Origin: Podarcis bocagei
Lineage: Eukaryota
Length of the DNA stretch: 64,000 nt
Strand: one strand, 5' to 3'
Assembly (NCBI GenBank): GCA_964188305.1
Contig: OZ076894.1
Part shown: one piece after another, positions 10,762 through 21,844 of the stretch
Numbering within the stretch: the first letter of the stretch is position 1
Layout of the letters: each line of letters begins with the position of its first letter
Position numbers and translations under genes: made by a program
Notes under the pieces: generated by a model
Database searches by the model: none
What the model was told of the DNA's origin: nothing
The model's input: the letters and a program-made list of their open reading frames with translations, nothing else

Positions 10762-13700
10762 GCTGTTAGTGTCCGAACTGGGTTTGCCTCTGCAAAATAT
10801 GTGAAATATTCAGCTCTCAAGTGTCCAGCCTTTTGGGGTTAGAAAGCACAAAGTTCTCAAACAGGTGTGAATGGTTTATTCAGTGGCCAAGTTGCTAATA
10901 GAACCTTGCACAATCAAGACCTGGTTGAGCCTGGTTTACAGACTTTTGTTACATACATATTGAGATGTCAACACCTTCTCTGTGTGCATAGAGGTATCAG
11001 TGGGCTATCCTACAAAAAATACATTTTACTAGGACTCATTCATTATTTTGGATTATGTTTGTTCTGTTCAACCTGCCTTGAATACAACAAGTTTATCAAG
11101 TCCTTCTGTGGAGTGCTTGTGGCTCCCATTTTCTTTGAGATCACAGAAGCATGCGTCTTTACTAAGTGATGCAAAATGTATTTTGTGTGTCAATACTAAA
11201 GCTCAAGTATAAAGATACCATAAAAAGTCAGCAAAGCTTCATCAGTGGAATTGCACTGGCTCGCTCTTGCTCAGGGTGTAACCCTAAGCATGTCTTAGTT
11301 CACTGAAATCCACAATTCTTTGCTGGCCCAGAGGCAGTGATTTATAATAACCAGAGCATCTTTCCCTGATGTTTGGGCTGCCCATAAATTTTGACTTTCG
11401 AGGCACGACAGTAGCACTTCAGTTATGTCTCTCTGTTCCTTAAATTGTTCCATTTGGCACATAGTTCGCCATAATTCTCGAGAACACATTACTGTTTCTT
11501 GTGACGCCATCAATCTTCTTTTAATTTTGGTCATTTATTGCCCTCTTGCTCTTGGTTCAAATTTTCTTCCTGGTTCTCACTTCTTTTCCTTCATCATCTC
11601 AGATTTGTGGTTAAGCTGTCTTTGTTTCTTGACCCTCAGTGATTAGTGCATTCAGATGGGTATCTCTAATGATTCACTTACATGCTGCTGAAGGGATCTG
11701 TTACATGGGGCAGGTTTCGTACGTCACCCTTTAAAGCTTTATCATTCGGTGGCCCTGCTTTTGCTCACCCGACATTATATTCTCCCCTTAAGTCTTGCAT
11801 GATTTTCTTACTAACTTTCTTCTACACAGGTTATTATAAATAACAGTGTCCTTTATGTCAACTGCTTGATTCAGCTGCATTTTCATAGCAAGTCAGGTTG
11901 GATAAATAACGTCAAGCTACAATGCTTCTGGGCTCTTCCATGCAGCAATCACACTGGAAGCTTATTCTTTCTACATCTTGCCAAGTCTCAGTGCCGTATC
12001 CTGATTTCAAGTGAAGTGTAAAGGACCAAGCAAAGACATTCCTTGGGACATGTCTGGCTTGGTTGCTGCATCTTGTTAAGAGGATTCAGACTCTCCGAAT
12101 CATGCATTAACATAAGAATTGCTTTTCCCCACATTATCATTAGATAAATGGCATAAGGCAAAAATAGACTATCAGATATGGCTGCAGGAAAATAATTTGA
12201 ATCATCCTGAGATTGGAGGCTATTTAATGGCTGCTTTTGCCTGGAACATTAACAGTGGCAGCTTATTTGAGGTCTGTAGCTTGTGCATCTGCCTGTTCCA
12301 TAATGCTTAGGGGGGCCTTAGAGTTTTATGTAGTCAGTCACTCTAGAACATATTGGACTTTGGCCATGAACTGCAACTCCTGGGCAGGGGTGTACAAAGT
12401 GGGGGGTGGAGGGGGCGGGCCACCCCAGGTGCCACTCTGGGGGGGTGACAAGATGGCCCCTGCCTCCTCCTAGCTGTAGAGTGGCCGATGGTGTGCGCAG
12501 TCCGTGCTTGAATGCATACTGAGGGACAAAATGAACTGCATCTGCTATTGCAGCTGATCAGTTGATGTAGGTAGTTCCATAGTTCTGTACTTCCCCCTCT
12601 GCCACCCCATTTCTAGACATATTAGCCATTGTTTGCAAAACCTTCAAGTAACCAAAAGTGGAATTTCCTTTTTGTGATCAACAAAGAGGGCTGTGAAATC
12701 ATGGGAAGGGCTGTTTTGCCTTGCCCTTATCTTAATTAAAAGACATGGAGGAATGCAGATATACAGTATGTGAATATGCATTTATCTTCCAGTTACTTAT
12801 TTTCTTATTATATATGTATTCCGTAAAGCTCAGAGCAGTGTCTAGGACAGCCTTACAACACCTCTGTAAAGTAATTTAGGTTGGGAATAGTGGTTTGTAA
12901 AAGTACCTTACCTCTGTTCCTTCCACATTGAAACCTCCAGTTCTAGCCAACACACCATTCTGATTGTTTTGTTTGTGCACTAGAGTTTACACACATATAC
13001 CTGTGTATATGCATGTGCTGCTTTAAAGTTATGTGCTAACATAACTTTGTTTATAGAGAAGGAGAACATTATGGCAGATGCTATCAGAACTCACTCACAG
13101 GAGTTCCCAGCCTTTGTCATCATGAGCTGCCTGAAAATATTGTTTGAGTCCTGAAGGTGCAGCTAAGCAATACGAGGCAGATGGCCCAGCTGGCAGTGCT
13201 TGTTCCTGTCCTAGGTCCAGAGCCAAACAGTTCAATGTAACTGTGAGAAAGGAAGGCCACGTAGCGGTCTGTAACCTGCAAAGTCCACTGAGGGAGAGCA
13301 AAAGCCTGGACACATAAGAGGCAGCTACTTCGTTGGCCTTCAGCTTTTCCATTAAACAGTTCCCCAAACAATACACAACAGATCTTGAGTCACTGGGTGC
13401 TATGCTGGCTTCTTATTATTATTAATTCCTTTCCGTTTTTTTGTGCATGAGCAAATTCAAGAAAACATAAAGCTGTAAGAATCTGTGTGGAACAGGTGAA
13501 GTCTCAATATTATTTGTTTAGGAGGGCATCAGCTGTAATCTCTTCATGCTGATTTATAAAGCCTTGAATGGCATTCCACAATTGTGTTGATCTGATTTGA
13601 TAACTTCCAACTGGTGTGTCTTAATGGGCCTATCTGCAGGACTGGATTCACTCTGCCACTCCTGGAGCCTTTTGCCATTCTTCTTCTACCTTGTGGGATT

Positions 13701-15154
13701 CTATTGCCAAGGTGATAAGCACGATCATGCTGTTGAAGCTTTAAAAAAGAAACTGAAGCAATTGGGTTCTCTGTGTTTCCCGCCCGCTTGACACTAGCAG
13801 TCACGCTTTCTCAGCTTCTGTTCTGTTACCACTGGTGTGACATGAAACAGCTATTACACCAAATGCTTTCTAGCAGCTTTTAATAGATTGCGATAGTGAT
13901 TCTTACAGCACATGCCTATGCATGCTTACTCTGAAGTAAATCCCACTGTGTTCAGTGGGGGCTTGCTTCCAGGTAAGTGTCCATATAATTACATCCCCAT
14001 GCTCCCCCCCCCCGGCACCATATGCTAAGAAAACATGTTCTTCTAAGTGATACTTTTGCACTACCTCCAGTCCAGTGTCGTTAACAATGATATCCAGTTC
14101 CTCTTCTCTCACTCAAAGGCTGGAATTGCCCTTTTAAAATGCAGCTTGCCATTTGCAGTATTTGTATTTAAAATATTATATTTTCAAAGATCTCCTGGTG
14201 GATTAAAGGGTGGGGCACCTTTCAAACAGGAAGGTTTTGAATCAACCTTGTAACTTTTTACTTTGCAGCTCTTTTAGTACTAAGCAAAACACATCTCTGC
14301 TTCAGTTTTCCCAAATAGTTACTCATCAGTTGTTCCTTTTTCCAAATAGGAGTGCATAGCAAGCTATTTTATTTCTGACAAATTGTAAAATGACAAAGCT
14401 GCATTACGGTGCTTTGTTTACAAATATATGCCTGATAGCAGATGATTGTTTTGTGGATTGGTGCCAAAAAGAACCCCATTTTAAAGGTAGGAAAAAACAC
14501 GTGGCTGCTTTTTTACCATGATTTCTTGTTTTTTTTAATCCTAGCTGTATGTACTGAGAAGGAGCAGCAGTTGCTTAGAACTCTGATTATTTATGATGGG
14601 AGGATCCACTTAACTCCTTTTCTTTGGAGCTTCTGAGCAAGGGTGTGAAATTGTGCTGCTGCAGAAAAAGATGTAGCCTGGGGCTGGTTGGCTTGTTGAG
14701 CTTATGCAGATGGGAGTGTCATATTACTAACATTGCAGGGGCATGTACTGAGCTGTCATCTGTAAAGAATGGCAGGGAAAAAAGCAGAGACTTACCGTAT
14801 CTTGTTTTTAGTACAACATCCTGCTGCTAGATGTGTTGCCCGGTTGTTGTTGAAGTAAAAAAACCAAAGATACATAGCTTCAGGGATGGGAGAGAACCAA
14901 GGTGAAATATATATGTCTTCTCTCTCTCTCTCTTTTAAAGCTGGCAACGTTACCTTCTACTTTTCTTCTTGATAGCTTAACGCAATCTCATCCCACTTGG
15001 GAAACAACTGCATCTCTGCCTGCCAAATGGTGCCACCAATAAAAAGGTTACATTTTTGTTTCTCATGAATGTACTGTACAGTGCTGCAGATAATGCAAGA
15101 AAATGTCCCAGTATAATTTCCAATTCAACACTTTGTGACGCTTTGTTTTTTAAA

Positions 15155-15319
15155 ACCTGTGAGCTACGTGTCACATCGAAGGGCAAAAGGCATTATTTGG
15201 TTATAAGAATTCACCTTTTTCTTTTTTAAAAAATGCTGTTTTGGCACCCTCATATATCCAAGACAGTGACTTATGCAGGCATAGCGGGGTGCAAGGCATG
15301 CAGCCTGTGATCATCCACA
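15155..15319 (+). repeat. 165-bp direct repeat, copy 1
   Basis: Identical base for base to 16080-16244 (offset 925). Confidence 0.98.
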
Positions 15320-16080
15320 GGGGTGATCAGGGGTTCAGGAGCAGAGGCAAGGGCAAGGGAGGAAACAGAGAGCGAGGGGGAGGAGGCAGAAGAAAAGATG
15401 AGTGATGACGACGACCCGAGATCTCCGAGTCTTTCCAGTGAATCAGAAGATTCACAGAAAGGAGCACCAGTGGCCAGGGCAAGGGGGGAGCCTAGGGGGA
15501 CACCCCAGGAAGATAGAGCCAGAGGGGACTCAGAGGAGAGCAGTTGGAAATCGGGACCAGCGTCACCGCCAGAGAGCAGGGAAGAGGAAGGGCGCCAGGG
15601 ATCAAGCGCTGGCAGCTCACAACAGGGGGGAGGGCACGAGTCAGGAGTGGCCACACCTCCATCGGGGAGCGAAGAAACGGTCAGACGGAAAGTGGAAGGT
15701 TGGGCGCGCGCGCCAAGTTCAAATGCACAGGAAAGTGACGCAGTAGGCAGCCCGGAAAGGGAGCCAGGTCCTAAAGCCCGGCGCAAGGAGACAGGGAGTT
15801 CCGGGGGGTCGGCGTCAGAAGAATCCAGGAAGGAAGAGACCCCGGGGGGCAGAGGGACCCAGAGGAGAGCAGTCAGGCGGAAAAGGTGGAGCAGGGCTAG
15901 GATATTGAGTTGGTGCACAAGGGGCGGAGACTCAGACGGAGCTTCGCCGATCTAACCACTAGACGTAGAGTTGCACGCAGCAGCTTGAGAATGGAAACTG
16001 TAACTCAATAAAGACTTTTACTTAATGATCGCTGGCTAGCGTGATCCTCTGTGAGCTAGGATCTGGAAGCAGCTCTGACA
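15320..16080 (+). mobile_element. Young purine- and CpG-rich insert, solo-LTR-like
   Basis: Abrupt composition change. Ends ...CTCTGACA (LTR-type CA end) with AATAAA about 70 nt upstream (about 16007-16012). Starts GGGGTGATCAGGG, an imperfect counterpart of TGTCAG. Many intact CpGs. Confidence 0.65.
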
Positions 16081-16244
16081 CCTGTGAGCTACGTGTCACA
16101 TCGAAGGGCAAAAGGCATTATTTGGTTATAAGAATTCACCTTTTTCTTTTTTAAAAAATGCTGTTTTGGCACCCTCATATATCCAAGACAGTGACTTATG
16201 CAGGCATAGCGGGGTGCAAGGCATGCAGCCTGTGATCATCCACA
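16080..16244 (+). repeat. 165-bp direct repeat, copy 2
   Basis: Identical to 15155-15319. Confidence 0.98.
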
Positions 16245-16899
16245 ACATCACCATGCTGCGGGATCCATGAATGCTGGCTTATGTTCCTAGTCAGCCATCA
16301 TTTGTGGTCATCACCACCTTTTCGTTTGCATCCTCTGTTATGCACAGGAGGCTTGGGAGAGACTCAGGGTCATACCTCATTTGTGCAAGATACAGAGAAG
16401 GGAAGAAACAGTGGGGGTCTCTTGCTGCTTCAAAAGAATTCCTGCTATTTCTTACCTACTTGAAAAATGTGGGAATGGGGGTTTTGCAGAGCAGCAGTCT
16501 GTGTGCTGCCAGGTATCTTGCTTGCCAGAGCACTGGAAGCATTTTGCAGCTTGGCCAGAAGCGTCATGGATGCCTGGCCAGGCTGCTTCCACAAGGCAGC
16601 TCATTTGCAGGCTGGCTTTTTAAAAGAAGCTTTTCTTTCTGGGAAAAGACCTTGGTGAGCAGAATGCAATGTTGTCTTGCCTTGACTTAAAGATAAAAGA
16701 AGAAGAGAACTCTCAATTTTCCTGAGTCATTACTTTATCTTCACTTGCCAGCTCTTCTTTTACAGAGAGATGGGCTGGAATTGCTTATCCAAATTTAACG
16801 TTTCCCCATTGGGTAGCAATGACTGCAGGCTTCTAAATGAAGGCAAGACTCCAACTAGTCTAGATGATGCTAAAACTAGCCAGCTGGCCACAGTGTTCA

Positions 16900-17056
16900 T
16901 AGGAACATAGAGAGCTGCTTCATTCTGAATCAGACCATTGGTCCATCTAGCTCAGCGTTGTTTACACTGACTGGCAGTGGTTCTACAAGGTTTTGGGCAG
17001 AAGTATTTCCACATCTCCAGCCTTACCTGGAGATGCCAGGGATTGAGCCAGGGACC
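16900..17056 (-). mobile_element. Squam3-like tRNA-derived SINE (5' truncated)
   Basis: Reverse complement gives GGCTCAATCCCTGGCATCTCCAGGTAAGGCTG...CTGAGCTAGATGGACCAATGGTCTGA...CTATGTTCCTA. Confidence 0.8.
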
Positions 17057-17875
17057 AGGCAGATGCTTGTCATATATGCATCACACACACTGTCCTTTAT
17101 GGTATTTGCTATAAGATGCTGTTGTCTCACACTCCTTGGATCCTGTCTAGTGAGAGGTGGGGCAAGGTCCTCTCTGGAAAGCAAGAATGGGTGCAGGTGG
17201 AGACCTCTTGTTCAGGCCAAGTGGTTATTGCATACCACATTTTCTGAGCTACCACAAACCACACACTTACTTCTTGGGCTCCCACATACTACAGACCACA
17301 TGGCTTTGGCTCCATGTAAGTGTGGCCTCCTAAGTGAGTTAACCCTTGGAGGAAGTCTTTACAGCTTTCTTATAATTCAAACACTGTGCCTATTGTGGAA
17401 GGCAGTGCTGAGCCTCAGTAAAAGAGTTTCAGCAAGCACCACATCTCTCTGTCTTTAGAAAATTACAGGGTTTACTTTTCCTACTGAATATATAATTGCA
17501 TATGATTTATCTGAGGAAGTACTGTTTCCTCTCCTTCATAGTATGTCTATTGTATTTTTGAATGTGAGGAAAATCTAACAAAATACTTTCTCAAGGAGGG
17601 TTAAAAGGATAAAATAACACACCGTTGGTGGATTCTTACTTGGAGTGGGTGGAGGAGGACTTCCAGGTTACTAATAGCCAAGCAGAGTCTTCTTGCTTTA
17701 GCAAACATACTGAAAATGGTAGAAACATCTGTAGCATGATATCATCAAAATATTTAATTGTGGTCAAATGAGAGTTAATAAAGAGGACTTATTGCTTACA
17801 CGAGCAATTGCTTACATGTATAGTATAAGCTGAACCAGAAATAGCCCAGGCTACTGGTTTGTTTAGCCTTTAAGG

Positions 17876-18200
17876 CAAGGATGGGGAACTTGTGGTCCTT
17901 CAGATGTTCCTGGATTACAGCTCCCATCATCCCTGACCATTGACCATGCTGTTTGAGGCTGATGGGAATCTAGCATAGGGTGATAGAAAGCTGCCTTATA
18001 CTGAGTCAGACCGTTGGTCCATCTAGCACAATGTTATCTACGTTGACTTGCAGCGACTCTCAATAATTCAAGGCGGGGCCGTCTTTCAGCCATACCTGGA
18101 GGTGCTGGGGATTGAACCGGGACCCTTCTGCATAAAAAGCAGGTTCTCTGCTGATGAGCTCCAACCCTTCCCCTAACAACATCTGGAGTGTCACTGTCCC
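17876..18200. mobile_element. GGACTACAACTCCCA-family MITE interrupted by a SINE
   Basis: Left part CCTTCAGATGTTCCTGGATTACAGCTCCCATCATCCCTGACC...GCTGATGGGA. Right remnant AACAACATCTGGAG resumes after 18173. Confidence 0.65.
17984..18173 (-). mobile_element. Squam3-like tRNA-derived SINE (near full length)
   Basis: Reverse complement: GGGGAAGGGTTGGAGCTCA...GCAGAAGGGTCCCGGTTCAATCCCCAGCACCTCCAGGTATGGCTG...CTAGATGGACCAACGGTCTGACTCAGTATAAGGCAGCTT. Confidence 0.85.
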
Positions 18201-21013
18201 TAATTTAAAGCCCTTGGCAGGTTAGGACCTGGATACTAGAAGGGACCCTTCAAGTATCCATGTTAACATGGTTCATAAAAGGCATCCCTTAGGGAGCCAG
18301 TCACTGGGACTGCACATGATAAGGTGGCTTCTGCCAGTCCGCTGACAAAGACTAGTGTAGATCTGGCTGTGGGTAGGTCTGGACCAGACTACCACTGTAT
18401 CCTTGTTCAACTTCTTTGTTGTTTTGTTTTGCTGTCCATATATAATCTCTCTTCCTAAAATGCTGCCTCCTATGGTAAATAGATTTACCATAAAGGATGA
18501 GGGTGTACATTTCTGCTACACCTGTATAGACACCTGAAGGAATATTGTGGAAAAGTTAGTGCCTTTTTTCACAAGGGAGAGGATCATGATAAGCTGCAGC
18601 ATGTTGAAGAACAGCAGGTGCAAACAGATTCTAAGTCACCCCATGTATTGGACTGTGTGGGGTTAACTGTTAGGTAAAGAGATTATTCTTTTATGAGAAC
18701 GGATGTGTAGATGAGGATGATGGTGTCATTTTGAAAGTTAGGTTTAGATGAGAGAATCTCTTTGTGATCGGGTTATTTTTTCCTAGTTCATTTCAGAGTT
18801 CGCCTTTCTCTGATAAAACAAAACAATCCAGAAAACAAGGGAGTAAAATATAATGTGATAAGAGATATGGGTTGGAATGTAGAATTTGAAGACTGTGAAC
18901 TTTCCATGTTGTTTCCTGGAGAGAAGCTGCTTTGGACAAGGAACATTGAAACAAACTGCTAGTGGTTTATGAAAACCGTTAGTAATAATTTTGTCCACAT
19001 CTTTTTCTCTTAACACATCTGTTCCTCTTGATTTTCTCTTTTTGGGCCAAGAGATTGTGCTTTTGCATGCTACGTTAAAATGTGCTCTACCTAGTTACTT
19101 TCCGTCAGCTTTAAGGCCTCCTGTTATTAACAGTGAATTGTGCTGTGTCAAGGCTCCTTTCTCTGGGCATGTTAACTCAAGGTGCTGGACACCACATCCC
19201 TCCCTGATGCCCCAGGAGATGCTGAATGTTTCTCGGAGCCAAGTTGTTTCTGTGCGGTAGAAGAGCAAATCTTTTAAACCACTCAGACGCTCACTGAACC
19301 AGGTGGTGTGGCTGTCTGCTTCTTCTGCTTGCTGTTGCTAAGTGAACAGCTCCATATCGCACACAAAGCTGAACCAATAGCATCCTGACCTCCCAAAGCT
19401 GTTAAAAGCTGAAGAAAGAGGAGCTGTCTGTTCTCTCCCCCCCCCCATCCTTTTTGAGGGAGGTTGGTTAGGCAGGAGAGAGAAGATGGGTGCGGGAACT
19501 CCTAATAGCCATTGATTCTTTGGAAATAGACAGCATTTTCCCATGTGAAGAAGGGTGGATATACTGCTGCTTTGCATGTACAGAATAGAGACATTACTTC
19601 TCCCATGTGCTCTAAATTCAATGTTCTGATTAAGACTGTCATATTGTTACTTTGCTTTGCCATTGTTATAAGCTGGGTTTAGGGACCCTTCTTGACCAGA
19701 TAAGCACTTGAGATAAGCACTTGATGTGTTCCCTGCATTTCCAAGCCACTACCCACCCCCAGTGTATATATTTAGTGCATGTGTATGTTCTTGATCATTC
19801 ATATCCCCTCCCCACACACAGTTCATTGTGAAGGGTAAATGTCGGCACCACAATTCGTGAATTACAAAAATCTGTACGGAATTTTCTTTTTTTCAGGGTG
19901 TAAGAATTAGCTATCTTACTGCAACATGTTTAGAAACAGCCAGGGTTATGAGGTAGTTAAAAATAAGGTTTGGTAAACTTTTCATTACAGTGTGTAATGT
20001 AAAAATCAAATGCTGCTTTATAAAGTGTGGCACTAACATACAGTAAAAAGCTGCTCATGTGTGGGCTATATTAGAACTCTTTGGCAGGTGTTCCAAGCTT
20101 CATATTCCTATAAAAGTTCTTTTTAACACCACGTAGAGATTAATAAATAGAAACAGAGATAAAATAAGGCAACGAAGGCCTTTAAACTTCAGCCTTTCTA
20201 TGAACAAAAATAAATCTTACCTTCCAAAACATAGCACCTTGTCATGCTCCCTTGACAGTCTCTACACCAGCAAAACAAAGCGGACAGTTCTGTCCACTTC
20301 TTACAATCAGATGTTCCCCTTGATGTCTTAGCTGCAAAAGTTGAATTTCTATCCAGAGGCCTTATGTATATGTCACACAAAGTAGTATATAAACCTCTGA
20401 AATCTTAAAATACCACCTTATGGTGATTCCAGAAAACTATACCAATCACATAAGTTAAATGTTATGACTTGAGTTCATACTTCTGGAATTCATACTAGAT
20501 CCATGCCTCTTCTAGTAAAAGAATTGTATTATTTCCACTTTCTCTTCCCCATATTAAATGTAATGTACAAACAATAGTCACACACCAATACATACAGACA
20601 GGATTTAGAAACTAAACAGTTCACGTTTAGAAAACAAAAGATCATTAGGTCTCCCAAGCTCAATCTGCATCTTCTTCAGCTTTTCACTCATAAAGATAAC
20701 TGGCTACACTATAGTTAATAGCTATAACATTTAAGAGCTCAAACATGAGAATATCATGCACCACACATGGGTGTGCGGTGTTGATTTCATATATGAAAAA
20801 ATGTACTATATGGTACAATCCTTTGATATAAAATCCATATAGTGATACTGTTTTGAATCTATTTCTGTTTAGGTCAATCTAGCAGAAACAGGAAAAAAGA
20901 GAGAGTCAGGAGAGCAGAGTGTCAAGTCTTCACCTCCATTTCCTCACTCACTTGCCATAGTGTTCATTTGTGCTACTGTGGGAGAAAAACAACAACCACA
21001 CAACTTTCTAGTA

Positions 21014-21273
21014 CAGTCATACCTCGAGATAAATATGCTTCAGGATAAGTATTTTCGGGTTGCGCTCCACGGCAACCTGGAAGTAACGGAGCGCGCTACT
21101 TCCGGGTTTTGCCGCTCGGGCATGCTCAGACGGTCAAAATGATGTCATGCACATGCGCAGAAGCGGCGAAATGCGACCCACTCATGTGAAGACGTGCAGT
21201 TGCGACTTACGTTCTATTCAGGATACGAGCGGAGCTCTGGAACGGATCCCGTTCGCATCCCAATGTACCACTT
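21014..21273. mobile_element. Tc1/mariner (Tigger/pogo-like) MITE, related to 6678-6871 with termini in opposite orientation
   Basis: TA|CAGTCATACCTCG ... GTACCACTT|TA. Shares ACTTCCGGGTTT and GGATCCGTT-type internal motifs. CpG-rich. Confidence 0.85.
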
Positions 21274-21698
21274 TATTACAAAAACAAAAGGAGGGGTGGA
21301 CTTCAGCACTGAACTCTGAAATTTGAGCAGCTGGTCAACATGACATGATGACTTCATGAAAGGTCATACATGATCACTTAATAAGTGTTTCTCTGGACCT
21401 CAACAGATTCAGCCTGCAGTTTGGGCAACATAGACTCTTTCATGTCATCTTGTTTAGATGTTTCACAGCTGCTTCTGTGTCAGGGACACAACACTGTCCT
21501 TTTCAAGCAAACTGGTCTTGTGTTGGTAAACAAAAAAATGTGCTTAGCGCAGCACGATGTCACCATTGTGTTTTCTCCTGTTGTAAATAAAGGGCCGAGT
21601 AGAGAACTGTAACAATTTTAGTAATATTGTCCTGTGCGGCAGATGTTGGAACACTACACTGTTGACCATCTTATGCTTCCAAAAAAGCAGGGTCTGCC

Positions 21699-21844
21699 CA
21701 GTGGCGTAGCGTGGGTTGTCAGCACCCGGGGCAAGGCAAGTAATTTGCGCCCCTTAACCCGTGGATTTGTGCCCCCTAACCCTAACCCCCAGATGTTGCG
21801 CCCGGTGCGGCCGGCCCCCCTGCACCCCCCACGCTGCGCCACTG
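21699..21844. mobile_element. hAT MITE, 146 bp, perfect 8-bp TSD
   Basis: TSD GGTCTGCC at 21691-21698 and 21845-21852. TIRs CAGTGGCGTAGCGTGGG / CCCACGCTGCGCCACTG. Confidence 0.92.

Noticed and set aside
15271-15955. 210-aa and 215-aa ORFs as host protein-coding genes
   Set aside because: Low-complexity sequence, GTG start for the plus ORF, no recognisable domain, almost wholly within an inserted element. Lack of stops is explained by base skew.
15158-16244. TRIM-type mini LTR retrotransposon with the 165-bp repeats as LTRs (TGTG...CACA ends)
   Set aside because: No matching 4-6 bp TSD (AAACC vs ACATC), no PBS or PPT in either orientation, and identity extends 3 nt beyond the TG. The repeat has host-like composition, while the inner segment has the LTR-like end.
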